Position numbers and translations under genes: made by a program. The notes beneath the pieces were generated by a model. That model ran no database searches. It saw only the letters and a program-made list of their open reading frames with translations, and was not told the DNA's origin. Of a DNA stretch of 64,000 bases, positions 23,539 through 36,778 are shown piece after piece (position 1 is the stretch's first letter; every line of letters begins with the position of its first letter). The DNA is from Octopus bimaculoides (taxonomy: Eukaryota). Location of the stretch: positions 36,719,899-36,783,898 of the forward strand of contig NC_068982.1 in assembly GCF_001194135.2 (NCBI RefSeq), read 5' to 3'.

Positions 23539-23769
23539 GGCAGCGAGCTGGCAGAATCGTTAGCACACCGGGCGAAATGCTTAGCGATATTTCGTCTGCC
23601 ATTACGTTCTGAGTTCACATTCCGTCAAGGTTGACTTTGCCTTTCATCCTTTCGGGGTCGATTAAATAAGTACTAGTTATGCACTAGGGTCGATGTAATC
23701 AACTTAATCCCTTTATCTGTCCTTGTTTGTGCCCTCTGTGTTTAGCCCCCTGTGGGCAATAAAGAAATA
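23539..23769 (+). mobile_element. tRNA-derived SINE family 2, full length
   Basis: Colinear with 6614-6844. Confidence 0.9.
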
Positions 23770-24168
23770 TATATATTGTGTGTACATCTATGTATATACA
23801 GATGTACGTGCATGTGTGTGTGTATGTATATTCACCCCTGTAAATGTGGTGTGTACATGCGAACATACATATACTCATCTATGTATGTATACTTCTCTCT
23901 TCCCTTCTCACCCCCACACACCGAACCTCAATCCAACATTTATTCCACTACCCAACAATACTGTTGCATCTGTCACACTTGCACACACAAATACCAAAAG
24001 CATGCATATATATGTACACACACACACACACACATGCACAAACCAGGCAAACATGCACCACACTCATACATTTATACACAAATACAAGAATGTACATATG
24101 CACACACACACCCATACATATATGCATCTTAAATATGTTTGTGCATGCAGACATGTACAGTAGGCACA

Positions 24169-24206
<38 letters not shown>

Positions 24207-24249
24207 ATGCCAAACTAAAAGTTTAAATTGATCCAACATTACTACATGA

Positions 24250-24760
24250 AAAAAAGATTGTAACTGTGCAGTGGATGAACAACAGGGAGAGCCTGAAAAA
24301 TCTACAACTTTATTCCCTAGAGCAAAGACATGAGAAATATTTACATATAGAAAATTCTGTAAGTGTTAACACTTAATTTTGGCATCAAGTGTTATACAAA
24401 TTGGATGCTATTGGATACCTGAACTGGATGCTATTGTGTTGTGCCATTGGCACCATCTACCTCATCTAAGGTCAGGACCAGTTACTGCAATAGCTTAGGG
24501 TTCAAAGACCCACAGTTCTTCAATGTTTTGTCAAAAAAATAAAGAAACCTACACAATGTTGATGTAGATATCTTCAAAAAGAAACTGGACATTCTCCTAT
24601 ACATGATAGCAGATGAACCAATGTTTCAGCATGAAGTACAGATGAGGGCAGCAGTGTCAAACTCTCTCATACACTAAATGAGCCAACAACCAGAGTACAA
24701 ACACATGCAGGAGTGGTGATATGAAATTCCACACTCTGACGAAATCAGCCAAATAAGAAA
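24250..24760 (+). mobile_element. CR1-like LINE 3' remnant
   Basis: Homologous to 46150-46580 (AGGACCAG.TACTGCAA.AGCT.GG.TTCA; AAACTGGA; CAGATGAGGGCA.CAG). Confidence 0.7.
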
Positions 24761-24904
24761 GCAGTGGAAAAGGCATGAAATCATGGTGATACTCCAGCAT
24801 GATTGCAGCCACAGGGCTTGAACGAGTAAAAGAAATAAAAGAAAATATATGGCTACATACATCTGTGTGTGTGTGTGTGTATATATATATGAATTTATAG
24901 CTGC

Positions 24905-25051
24905 ATGTGTGTGTGGTAAGAAGCTTGCTTCCCAACCACATGGGGTTCAGTCCCACTAGGTGATACTTTGAGCAAGTGTCTTCTATTTTAGCTTCGGGCC
25001 AACCAAAGCTTTGTGAGTGGATTTGGTAGATGGAAACTGAAAGAAGCCTAT

Positions 25052-25128
<77 letters not shown>

Positions 25129-25700
25129 GTATTTATATATTTATGTGTGTGTGTGTCTTTGCATCCATGTTTGCCCCACCCCCCCCAACCATTGCTTGAC
25201 AATTGATGTTGGTGTGTTTGTCTTCGTAACTTATCAGTTCAGAAAAAAGTTTGATAAAATAAGTACGAGACTTACAAAGAATAAGTCCAGGGGTTGATTT
25301 CTTCAGTTAAAATACCCTTTAAGGTAATGATCCAGCATGGCTGCAAAGCTTGCTTCCCAACTACATGGTTCTAGAGTCAGTCTTGCATGGCACCTTGGGC
25401 AAGCGTCTACTACTATGGCCTTGGGCCAACCAAAGCCTTGTGAATGGGTTTGGTAGGCAGAAACTGAAAGAAGCCTGTTGTATTTATGTGTGTATCTTTG
25501 TGTCTGTGTTTGTCCCCCTATTACTGCTTGACAACTGGTGTTAACATGTTTATCTCTCCATAACTTAGTGGTTCAGCAAAAGAGACTGATAGAATAAGTA
25601 CCAGGCTTAAAACATAAGTACTGCGGTTGATTCAGTCGACTAAAAACTCAAGGCGGTGCCCCAGCATGGCTGCAGTCTAATGACTGAGACAAGTAAATGA
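24905..25700 (+). mobile_element. Two tandem SINE family 1 copies, the first with an internal (TA)n
   Basis: Both carry AAGCTTGCTTCCCAAC..GGCAAG.GTC..GGAAACTGAAAGAAGCC..GAATAAGT.CCAGG segments. Confidence 0.85.
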
Positions 25701-25727
25701 TAAAAGATATAGTTTTTAGTTGAATGA

Positions 25728-26395
25728 ACCAACCCCAGTACTTATATGCATTTATTTCTAGAATGCTGCTAGATAAAGTCTTCACTTTCGCAAGCGAGTT
25801 TACATAGATTAGAGAACAAGATAAGGATATAATCCTCCATGCTAGAAAGATCTTACTCTTCAGCAAGAACACAGTGGGTCAAGGCAGCAGACACAGAGGG
25901 TTCTTTCGATGTGAATATGGGGTCATATGATGGAGCAGGCATATGCGATCTCATTGAGTTATTCCTACTTGACACGTTAGGAAAAGCTTTTCCTTGTGTA
26001 TATTTCACTATTTATAGGGACGATGCTCTAGCTTTAGCTAAGAATACCAATGGACCAGCACAAGATTGGTTAAGGAAGGATATTATCCATCTTATGAAAA
26101 CATTTGATCTTAGCATAACAATAGATACCAACCTGATGGTTGTCAATTTCCTTGATGTATCTCTAGATTTACAAAAGAATATTTACAAACCCTATAGAAA
26201 GCCCAACAATAGACTTAGTTATATTAGTGTAGGTTCCTGTCCCTCCCCATAGTGTTTAAGAATTTAGTCAAGAATATTAGTAGGAGAATTTCTAGCTTCT
26301 CCAATATAAACATATTTAATAATGCTGCCCCACTATATAACAACGCCCTTAAAGCTAGTGAATTTAAAGAGGAAATAGTTTGCACATAGCAAACA
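25728..26395 (+). mobile_element. Penelope-like element reverse transcriptase fragment (decayed)
   Basis: IILHARKILLF, FDVNMGSYDGAGICDL, IYRDDAL, VNFLDVSLDL..YKPYRKPN and APLYNNALKAS match Penelope RT motifs. Confidence 0.9.
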
Positions 26396-26459
26396 TGCCA
26401 TTTGGTATTCCAATGTAAGAGTGACCAGCTATAGTGGCCATGTACGATGGTTTGTATAT

Positions 26460-26502
26460 ATAGCTGATGAAGCATAACAGTACAGAAACACATGCATTCT
26501 AT
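26460..26502 (+). ncRNA. Degenerate hammerhead motif downstream of the Penelope RT
   Basis: ATAG-CTGATGA-AGCATAACAGTACA-GAAAC-ACATGC-ATT-CTAT; stem I ATAG/CTAT is intact but the cleavage triplet is mutated. Confidence 0.55.
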
Positions 26503-27756
26503 GGTCTGGTGATATCATTCATGGCCTAGTGGTGTGTTTACACCCATATTGTCTATAAGAAGAATTTCTTCCCTCAAGACAATTTGTGCAGTATATTGTC
26601 TTTCTATGTCTGCATGTAAATGAACAAGTTAAATATGATTGTAAATAAGTGTATAATATTTGTTGTGAGTTTTTTTTTTTTATGTTTCCATTATATAGTG
26701 CTTAACATTTATAATATGTATATAGAGGCAACTATTTTGTTGTTTCGAATCTCTTCAGAATGGAACAGTTTCAAGTTTGTTCATTACGTCATTTACATTA
26801 CAATATGAAAGAATATTTTGGACTATAGAGATGAGAGAGATATATTGAAAAAGCATTTCACTAAGAAGTCATATTTGTTCACACTTTATCTATTGTATGG
26901 AATGAGAAGTAAATGTAATTTTAAAATTTACGTGCAGCTTGGAACATTCCCAATTCTTTTCTTCTCCTGTGAAAATAACTTCTCAGCTGCAGTTGTTACA
27001 ATAGTTACAGGTAAATCATAAGCCATCTCTCTATTGTGTTGTTATTAGAAGTTTAGTTCAAGCCTTTTCCAGCAGAGTGCTTAAACTTGTACTCCCTCAT
27101 GCATGTCTCGGCAAATGCTCACTCAATAACGTTCATGTAGAACACCAAAGATTAAAGGAGAACTACAATTGTTTGGTTAGAATGTGTGTTATGTAGTAAG
27201 CTGTTTCATTGGTTTTTCAATCCTATTGCAAGGAAGAGACACATCTTGACAAGAGTCAATTATATCATATCTTTTCATTGGACAAGTAAATTCAAATTTA
27301 ACAAAAAGAAATATATTTTTTCTTTCAACTTTTAAAACCTTAATATTTGAACACAAGTAACTATTTTAATCTATCTAAATCACTTCAGTTTGAAGCAATT
27401 TTCTTAATTTTATCTTTTACAATAGAGAATGAGAAAATATTTTGTGAATTGATTAAGAGACATGGAGATAGCATTTCATTAAGGGGAAGTTGTTTTGTTT
27501 CATAGGTCATCAGTTGTATAAATGTGTGTATATATATTTGTGCTTAAGTATATATCTGTGTATATATAATGGTTTATGTGTGTGGATATGTATATATGTG
27601 AATATAAACTATGTTTTTATATATACCTATTATTTTAAGGAAATCAATTCCCCCAAAATAATAGGTATTGAACCAGTATTTCCTTGGATGAAATCATCCC
27701 TTCATGTAGTTAACACAACCTTTAATTGAAGTGTGTATATATATATATATATATAT

Positions 27757-27945
27757 CAGGTCATCCCATAAGTTTTGTCCAAATTTTGAATAAAGAAAAC
27801 AAGTGATCAAATGTTATATTTAATTGAAATTTAATCATCAATGTACTTTCCCTGATTATCTATGACTTCCTTCCATCTATTTACAAGCTTTTTAATCCTA
27901 TCAGTGTAAAACTCTTTTGGTTTCAAGCGAAGAACATCTGATGCC
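27757..27945 (-). mobile_element. Mariner transposon 3' end with terminal repeat
   Basis: The minus strand encodes KEFYTDRIKKLVNRWKEVIDNQGKYIDD*, ending in a TIR next to TA. Confidence 0.8.
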
Positions 27946-27949
27946 TCTT

Positions 27950-28990
27950 ATGCCCAACTTTTCTCTCAAATCCTAGCTTCATTTCTTTCAAGCCTACACA
28001 TGTCCTAGGTAGTCTCAGCTCATGTTTCGCTGCTGTGTAGCATGGCTGTTCATACACAGGCATTATACAATCTACCTTTCACTCTGAGAGAGAGGCCCTT
28101 TGTTACCAACAGAGCTAGGCACTCTCTGAACTTTGCCCAGCCTGTTATTCTAGCAGTTATGCTCTCAGAGCATCCACCCTTTTACTGATTTGGTTACGTA
28201 GGTAACGGAAGCCGTCAACTATTTTTAGTTTTCCCCCCTGGCATTTGATGAAGTCTATTTTCTGTACACTTTTAGTGTTAATTGCAGCTTCCACATGCAA
28301 AAACTATTTTCCCTGTCAACCTTCTGATATTGCTGCACCTCTTACATATCCATAGCTTACACTGGGTACATCTTACGGAGTTTCTATCTATGCTTTTTCT
28401 ACAGATTGAGCAGGGTCATCTACCTGAAGGGACTTGTGATTTGTCTGCTCTCCTACTTACTAAGACTTTAGTTTTCTCTAGATTAACTCTAAGGCCCTTT
28501 GATTCTAAACCTTGCTTCCACACCTGAAATTTCTGCTCTAGTTCTGGTAGTGATTCAGTTACCTATTGGTCACTGTCATTTGTCGACGAGGTAATCTGCA
28601 GAAGGGTGTTAAACCAATCTTTCTATTCATCTGGCAGCCTCTGTTGAGGAATATAGGCAGAAATAATAGATGCTGTACTACTTTGCAAAACTAGTCTAAG
28701 CATAAGTATTCCATCACTCATTCTAACTACCTTGATCACCTTATCAATGCATTTATCAGCAAGATGTTCGTTACCAACACCATCACTGCCTATCATTGTC
28801 TACTCAGAAGATTTTATACCTCTGTTCTTTGCCTGTGAGGAACCTGGCAGAAGCTCCCCTCCATCTTACCTCGTGAATGCAACATCTACATCCCTTTGTT
28901 TCAGCTGAGTATGCCAATTTTAAGTGGGAGGAAGGGGTTGCAAGAAGAGACAGAAAGATGAGAGACAACATTCTGCATTTGAAAAGGTTT
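27950..28990 (-). mobile_element. RTE-clade LINE, internally deleted (AP endonuclease joined to the post-RT region)
   Basis: CCIHEVRWRGASARFLTGKEQRYKIF (endonuclease); WKQGLESKGLRVNLEKTKVL followed by CSICRK..RCTQCKLW..RC. Confidence 0.85.
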
Positions 28991-29604
28991 GCATGAACAT
29001 TTGCCAAATATGTCATATAGTTTCATATATGTTTCATCCTGCATTTCATTCACGTCACACTTGCTGTGTCTACCAAATGATGAAAGAAGAGGGTATGGTA
29101 TAAACCATTGCATACACAGAGATAAAATAACAACAGTAATTAACCCACTAGCAAGAACATTAGTCATATTTCTGATACAAACATGCTAGTTAAGCCTTTT
29201 TTATATTGTATTGTATTGTTGCTGCTGGTGAGCTGTTGTTGGCAGGAGAGAAGGGGCAGAAGTGCAAGAGAGTTTTCCATACAGGTATCTGGTATAAAAG
29301 GTTTACATAAGAGAGACTTCCTGTATAGGTTGTGGGGTGGGATGGGAGGGCACACCACAAAAGACCAAGCTGTATGGCTATACTGTGACTGAGTCACAGT
29401 AATGGGGAGGAAAGATATATCTGTTCATAGGCCAAAATGAAACTAATATGGAAAAAACAAAATGAAGAGGCAAAAACAGCACATTTTTACTTGGATTAAT
29501 TAACATAAATAATATTTAACACTTAGCTTAAAATAGTGAGGCTGTAGACATGGTAGAAGCAATTTGAATGGAATAAAATTATGCTAAAATTAAAAGCAAG
29601 GAAA

Positions 29605-29890
29605 ACAGCAATCATCATTTTAGGTCTGCCTTCCATGCTGATATGGGTGGGATGGTTTGATAGGAGCTGGCCAGGCAGAAGCCTGCACCAGACTTCTGTG
29701 TTTGTTTTGGCAGTATTTTTACAGCTGGATGCCCTTCCTAACACCAACCACCCAGCAGAGTGGACTGAGTGCATTTTAAGTGGTACAAGCACAGTTGCAG
29801 TCAGTTTTGGCAAGGTTTTTACAATCAGTTCACAGTGTGGACTAGATGCTTTTTAAGTGGCACTTGTACTGACAGGGTCACCAAGTAACT
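29605..29890 (-). mobile_element. RTE-related 3' tail repeat ending in (GAT)n
   Basis: CATCAT..TTCCATGCT..GGATGCCCTTCCTAAC motif shared with 41377, 43600, 47000 and 49930. Confidence 0.75.
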
Positions 29891-30189
29891 TGCATTATGA
29901 AGTTGCGTAGCATTACTTTCAATTCTTTTAATATATATACTGCTCTTCGCATGGACACATGCAGCACACACACACAAGAAATCCTGTGAACGAAACAGGA
30001 TTGTTTTCCAGAATGGAGACAAACACCTTTCTCCATGTGATCAGCTTGAAAAATTGTTAAGATACTTGGATATTTTCCCACTCTTCTTAACATGAAACCA
30101 ATGGTAGCCTTAATTCATAAATAAAGAAATTATTTATCCACCAATGCTGTGGTGTTGAGCACTCATTCCAATGTTCTACTTTTACATAC

Positions 30190-30243
<54 letters not shown>

Positions 30244-30741
30244 TACATTTATCTGATCTCGATTCCGCTACTACTTTATGGCTGATTATCCAAATGGAAA
30301 AGCAATGTATCTAATAATATCAAAATGTCCAAATTTGCAAAACTTATCCAAATAATAAAATTTTAATTTTTAAACTGTCAGCTTCATCTTAGGAGATGGA
30401 ACCAGTTTTAATAGCTATATCTTGCATGTTTGAATCTCTGATTATCATTCTTTTATTAATAGGTCATACCAAACAGAGCTATAATGCTTTTATTTGCACA
30501 TGCATCAGTTGCATTATTATCCTTAGTTTAAAATAAAATTTTCTCATTTGAATCCAGTGTAGGACTGTCTGCACATCCAAGAATAGATACTTCATGACAA
30601 CCAAGTGTTCAGACTACTTGAAACTATTCAAAATGCTTTTAACATTTATCAAACTTTTAACATTTATCAAACTCATTTTTGAAATTGAAATAACTTATTT
30701 AAATGATTGTTTTCAGTGTGCTTATTTTCTTTTTATTCTAG

Positions 30742-30952
30742 GTCTCTGCATTGTAGGTTACTTTTTGATAGATAACGTCTTATCTATGGCCCTTGTCTTT
30801 TGAGGATTTTATATAATTGTGGATTTACACTACTGAGTTGGAAAAAAATTTAATACTGATTAATTGTCATTAATTTGACATGGAGAAATCTATGACAGAA
30901 ACATTCCCTGAAGAAGATGATGAGTTTGGACAAAAGATTAAATCACGTGCTG
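30742..30952 (+). CDS. Candidate exon with 5'UTR and start codon at 30880 (MEKSMTETFPEEDDEFGQKIKSRA, phase 1)
   Basis: Acceptor TTTTCTTTTTATTCTAG|, donor GCTG|GTAAGA, and coding-like purine-rich codons. Confidence 0.6.
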
Positions 30953-31059
30953 GTAAGAAATAATTTTTCTCTTTTTCTTTATTTGTATACTTTGAGGTTT
31001 TATTTTGGGTAACTTTTTCGTTGCCCTCGTATCATTATTTGGCTTCACAAATTAATATT

Positions 31060-32090
31060 CAGGAACAAGGCTGTCTACACTTATTGCAGGCTTGCATGTG
31101 GCTGGTGAGGCTGAAATAGAATTGGAAGCCACTGTAGTAGCTGCAAATGAAATTCTGTTCTGGGTTCAGTGCTACTATATCATGGTTCTACCGCTGTCTC
31201 CTTTTGTTCTCAAAGCCCACTCTCTGTCACTGTACTCAGAAAAGAATTCACCTTGGAGAAGTGATTTTGGTAAATTGTCCTACTCAGTGCAGCTGCATCT
31301 TCAACAGCATGGTCTTGATGATAACGATCTCTTTATGTTTGAGAACTTCAATATTAGTAACAAATCACTCCAGTTGATATTGAAGAGAATTTAGAGGTAG
31401 TGTTGTTAGAAGTAAGAGAATGAAAGCCCTACTTTACAGATATTCCTGCTGGGAATATTTTGCAAGGCATAAAGCTTTCCTGCTCATAGTGTCAAACATT
31501 TTGATAAGGTTTACAAATATCACATAAGTCACTTGTCCTGTTCCCTACATTTCTCTTGAAGCTTCCTGAGAATAAATATCATATCAACTAACCAATCTTA
31601 TGAAAAGGTGTTATAATCACCTTGAAAGATATATGCAAACATATTTTTCACTAATTAAAGTGGAAACTACTGTTCATGTGTTCCTGAAAGCCAGATTTGG
31701 TTCTTGGTTTTTCTTTCTTTCTTAACAAACGATTCTGTCAACAATAAATTTGTTGGTTTTCTTTCTCTCTGTTCCAATTTAAAAGTACTGCGTGATGTAC
31801 TTCTCTATCGTTATATATTGAAATACATATCACCAAATATTCACTTCTTTTAGGTTGCAGCTGCAAACATTACTATACTCTTTCCAATTAAACAACACAG
31901 TATGGTTCCAACTTCATGAAGGGAAGAGCAATCCTTTGTTGGTCTAATTTTAATCTTATATTTAAAAGCAATTTGCTCGACCATACAAAAATGATGCTCT
32001 GTCACTTAATCTCAGTAATCATTATGTATCTATAAATTGGCATACCATCAACCTTTACATTGTTCAGGAACTGTTAGGTTCCACTTGCAC
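31060..32090 (-). mobile_element. Highly decayed RTE LINE 3' region
   Basis: Fragments such as NLPKSLLQGE and SLTSHMQACNK resemble RTE C-termini (RLPK.LLYGEL; GL.SH.R.C). Confidence 0.5.
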
Positions 32091-32319
32091 TACATGACCC
32101 TAAAGTTGGTATATTAATAACATTTTTTGATGAATTGCTTTATCAGCTTGTGAATACTTTTCAAGTCCAAGTTTACTGCTTTTTTTTTTTTTTTGCTTTT
32201 AATATTTTNNNNNNNNNNNNNNNNNNNNNNNNNNNNNNNNNNNNNNNNNNNNNNNNNNNNNNNNNNNNNNNNNNTATATATATATATATATATATATATA
32301 TGAGTGATGATCAGTTATT

Positions 32320-32350
<31 letters not shown>

Positions 32351-34179
32351 AATGTATATGTATGTGCGCATGTGTATGTGTGGGTATTTATGTGTATATA
32401 TATATATATATATATATCTATCTATGTATATATAAAATCAACCTGTTGTATAGCCTTTGGGTTAGATATTTTCTAGATTTAGTTTGGAAATTGTTCCTTG
32501 TAAACGTATTTATATCTCTAAGTAGGTGTTATAATTTAATGTAAAGCATCTTGGAAGCATAAGAAAGAATGTGCAAGCTTCTGCTGGAATGTGCCTTTTT
32601 ATTTGTTTTTAATTCTTTTTAAGGAAGGGTGTTTATTCTTTATATTATATAATTTTAAAAATTAATAAAGAATACTAATTTGGCTAATTATATTTTAATG
32701 AGATTTTAAATTGTAATTTGACACTTTTGTTGATTGTTAAGGAAAGGAAAAAGTGATAGATGAAGTAGGAAATTCAATATCTAGTTATTCATATAATGTG
32801 AAATGTCGTATGGACAATGATATTCAAATGAAAGGTTATTCAGTGGTTGCCAGTAATTAGAGCATTGGTACAAAGTGAAAAAAGACTGTGGCATACTTCA
32901 CTAAAATAAATGTAACACAGGTTTGAATGAATTGATTGATTAGATTTGTAAACCTTCTGTTTAAAGAAAAATGTACAGGAACACAAGTTTAATTAACTAC
33001 GTAATGAATTTTATGATAAAATGTTTAATTGTTTTGCAATGAAATAAACTAGATAGAAACAATTAAAAATAATTTAGTTGTGATTGTTTCGTGAAAGGCT
33101 TCATTTAGACATTAAAATTCTGTCTTGTGTGTATGAACATTGAAAAACATTAAATTTGTTTTATTCGTTAATTTAATGTCAGCTAGACAAAATTTAGTGC
33201 AAGTTTGTAGAAATGTAATGCATATTTCAATTGTTTTTATGCTTGTTTCTCTATAATAGTATGGGTTAGGTGGATATATTATTGAGGTATTGTGTTATAG
33301 CTCGATGTCTATCCTGTCACCCTTACCTACCTGTTTTCAAGTAAGAGATCTCTAATTTCACACATCTTCAAATTTTCAAAGGCACAAAGCCAGTGGATGA
33401 TTTTTTAAGAGGGGAAATAGCCATGTCACTACTTATAGCTCAACAGTTTATGGAGAAGTGCAAATGTAAACACACATATAAGTACACATACACACCACAT
33501 GCATGCACACAGACAGAGAAACACATACACATATGACAGGCTTCTTTCAGTTTCTCTCGACCAAGTCCACTTACAAGGCTTGGTCAGCTGTAGTTAGAAG
33601 ACACTTGTCCAAAGTACTGTGCAGCTGTGGGACTGACCTTAAAGCGACATGATTGGGAAGCATACTGCCAATATTAAAATTTGGAATCTGTTTATCTTTT
33701 TGTGGATATTTTAAATTTTGCAAAAACAATAATCTGTACTGCAAAAATGTTTTGGCTAATGCACAAGTCCCACCTAAATAACTTTTAGTGCATTTCTGGT
33801 CTTTAGAAAACTGAAGAATGCTTTTATATCAACACAGTAAAGTACTTTCCAATTATCCACAGAAATCAGACAATTAAGATTAAATTGATGGGTGCATTAA
33901 AGAGTGTTTTAGATAATTTATAAATCTGACTCTGAAAGTGAAAATTTTAAACTTCATTATACATTAAGAAGAAAGAGGAATGATAGGGGGAGGTGAAAAA
34001 GATTGAAAGCATTATATAGGTGTTAATTGGGTAAAGTTAATGTATTGTTAGAGAGAAAAAACAAGGAAGAAAGAGAGACACAAAAGAAGGCTGAGTAGTA
34101 GTCATAGTGTTCATATGTTTTTGCATATGTTAGGCTCATAATAGAAAATGCACTCACCTGTATAGAGACATAGGCACAT

Positions 34180-34560
34180 TGTATAGGCATGGCTGTATAA
34201 GAGGTATGCTACCCCACCACATGGTTCCAGGATCAGTCCTACTGAGTGCTGCCTTGGGTAAGTGTCTTCTATAACTCTGGGCCAACCAAAGCCTTGTGAG
34301 TGGATTTGGTTGATAGAAATTCAAAGAAACCCGTTGTATGTATGTATATATCTATGTATGTGTTACTGTTTGTTCCCCACTACCGCTTGACAACCAGTCT
34401 TGGTTTGTTTACATCCCTATAAGTTAGCAGTTCAGCAAAAGAGACCAATAGAATAAGTACCAGGCTTAAAAATAAGTGCTGTAGTCGAGTCATTTGACTA
34501 AAGCCCTTCAAAGCAGTGCCCCTGTATGGCTGCAGTTTAGTAACCAAAACATATAAAAGA
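34180..34560 (+). mobile_element. SINE family 1, older copy
   Basis: Colinear with the reverse complement of 36388-36778 and shows many CpG-to-TpG/CpA changes. Confidence 0.85.
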
Positions 34561-34967
34561 TATTTGCTTTTACTGCTCTCAGTCGACTCCTGCCATACTG
34601 GGGCGCCACCTTCATGAATTTAGTCAATCATTATCAACCCCAGTACTTAAGCCTGGTATTTCTTTCAGCAACATAAAAATAATGCTTGTTTTCAAGCAGT
34701 GTAAATATAAATACAAATACACACACATATTAATTGCACAGTAAATTTTGCTTTATGTGTAATTTAATATTCATTGAGCTCTTCTATGAGCCATACCTGT
34801 CTTTAGGTTGTGAACTTACACCTCCCCCACTTGCACATAAAGTTGAGGTGTCCTCTTAACTTCAAATCTAAAGTTTTCTAGATGACATGACAACCTCTAT
34901 GTGCTGGTGCTATGATAAAATACACCCAGTATCCTCTGGATAAACTAAATCTCCTGTTTTATTCTGC

Positions 34968-35007
<40 letters not shown>

Positions 35008-35649
35008 CGCGTGCGTGTGTGCATGTGTAGAAACCAAAAATGAAGCATTAAAACCAGACATGATTCTATGATTACTTTTAGAGAAGAGTGACTCTGAATA
35101 AGGGCTGGTTCAGCCTGTGGAAATTCATACAATCCATACTAGCTTGGAAAGCAGATATGAAAAGATAATTGCATAGGTTTTAAAAAAATGTGTTATGGAT
35201 GCACTTAATGGATCAGAACATGATACGAACTGATAATGAAACAATTGGTGGAAAGTGGTGTTAATTCAGCTTCTGATAACAATAGATAATGAAATGGTAT
35301 TGATTAAGCTATAAATCATAATTTGATAAAAAATTTTAATTGTTTATACTTACATGTAATAATAGCAAAACTGTGCATTTTATATGTATGCATCTTTTTC
35401 TTCATGTTAAAAAAATTATTTCACAGTGTGGGTGTGTGTGGGTGGGTGGGTGCAATGTAGCTGTGTGTTAAGTTTCTCAATCGTTTTCATGTTTAGTCCC
35501 ACTGTGTATCATCTTGGGCTACTGACTTCTACTTTAGTCTTGGATCAACCAAAGCCTTGTGAGTAGATTTGGTTGACAGAAACTAAAATGATGTACTGCA
35601 CTCATCCATACATAATACTCCTTATATATAATGTGCAGTTGTTTTGATT

Positions 35650-36340
35650 TTTAATGAGAAAAGAAATGTGTCCACAGTTAATGCATAGATTTGTTATTAT
35701 TGCATGTATGGCTTTAAAAGATAAGAATTTTGTCAAATTATGGTTTTTATATTTAAATTAATATCTTTGCATTATCCACTATTGTCAGACTTTGAATCAA
35801 TATCACTTTTGACAAATTGTTCACTTAGATTTGTTTCATCAGCATCAGTTTCTCCTTGCCGTATAATATCATCTTCTACTCTACCAAATATTTTAGTAAT
35901 TTGGCAGTTTTAAAACTTCATGTTGCATTATCTGTGAGATGGCCACAAAATGAATCTAAAATATAATCATTGATTTTGGTTTAAGCAAAGCACCAGCATG
36001 ATTCCAAACCAAATGATTCTATTCCTCAACCATATTACTGCATTTACAGTCGTTTTCATTAGCATGAGTAGTAATATATTTTCATATTTAATCCCTTTAT
36101 GCTGCATTTTACGTTTGGATATAGCATGAAGAGGCAGTTTACTACCATCAGAAGTTATAGCTAGTAATAACTGTACAATGCTATTTTCCATTGCTACCTG
36201 TACAAACAGTTTTAGTCCCACTTCAGTCAAGAGTCATATCAGCTGGTATCTCAAAATATTCTGGCATTTAGTCAGTAAATACAGGTTTTTCTTAATTTGG
36301 TATGGAATAAGTTTTTGTTCATAGTCTTTAGGCAAATGTT
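35650..36340 (-). mobile_element. pogo-family transposase remnant
   Basis: VQLLLAITSDGSKLPLHAISKRK resembles the DDE_1 motif TV.LA..ADG.KLPP..IFKRK. Confidence 0.65.
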
Positions 36341-36387
36341 GACACATTCTACAACATACTGATAGAATAACTATTTATAAAACATAG

Positions 36388-36778
36388 CAATTCTTTTACT
36401 CTTTTATTTGTTTCAGTCATTTGACTGCGGCCATGCTGGAGCACCGCCTTTAGTCGAGCAAATCGACCCCGGGACTTATTCTTTGTAAGCATAGTACTTA
36501 TTCTATCGGTCTCTTTTGCCGAACCGCTAAGTGACGGAGACATAAACACACCAGCATTGGTTGTCAAGCAATGCTAGGGGGACAAACACACACACACACA
36601 CATATACATATATACGACGGGCTTCTTTCAGTTTCCGTCCACCAAATCCACTCACAAGGCTTTGGTCGGCCCGAGGCTAGTAGAAGACACTTGCCCAAGG
36701 TGCCACGCAGTGGGACTGAACCCGGAACCATGTGGTTGATAAGCAAGCTACTTACCACACAGCCACTCCTGTGCCTAT
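36388..36778 (-). mobile_element. tRNA-derived SINE family 1, full length and young
   Basis: Minus strand: GGCACAGGAGTGGCTGTGTGGTAAGTAGC (A box), GGGTTCAGTCC (B box), body with internal (GT)n, (AAAAGAGTA)n-like tail; CpGs are retained. Confidence 0.92.

Noticed and set aside
20619-24218. His/Thr-, Cys/Val- and Tyr/Ile-rich ORFs (also at 8.6, 39, 44 and 54.7-56 kb)
   Set aside because: They are translations of (CA)n, (GT)n and (TA)n microsatellites.
25839-26252. 137-aa ORF as a host enzyme or telomerase
   Set aside because: Its motifs are those of Penelope RT, with flanking stops and frameshifts.
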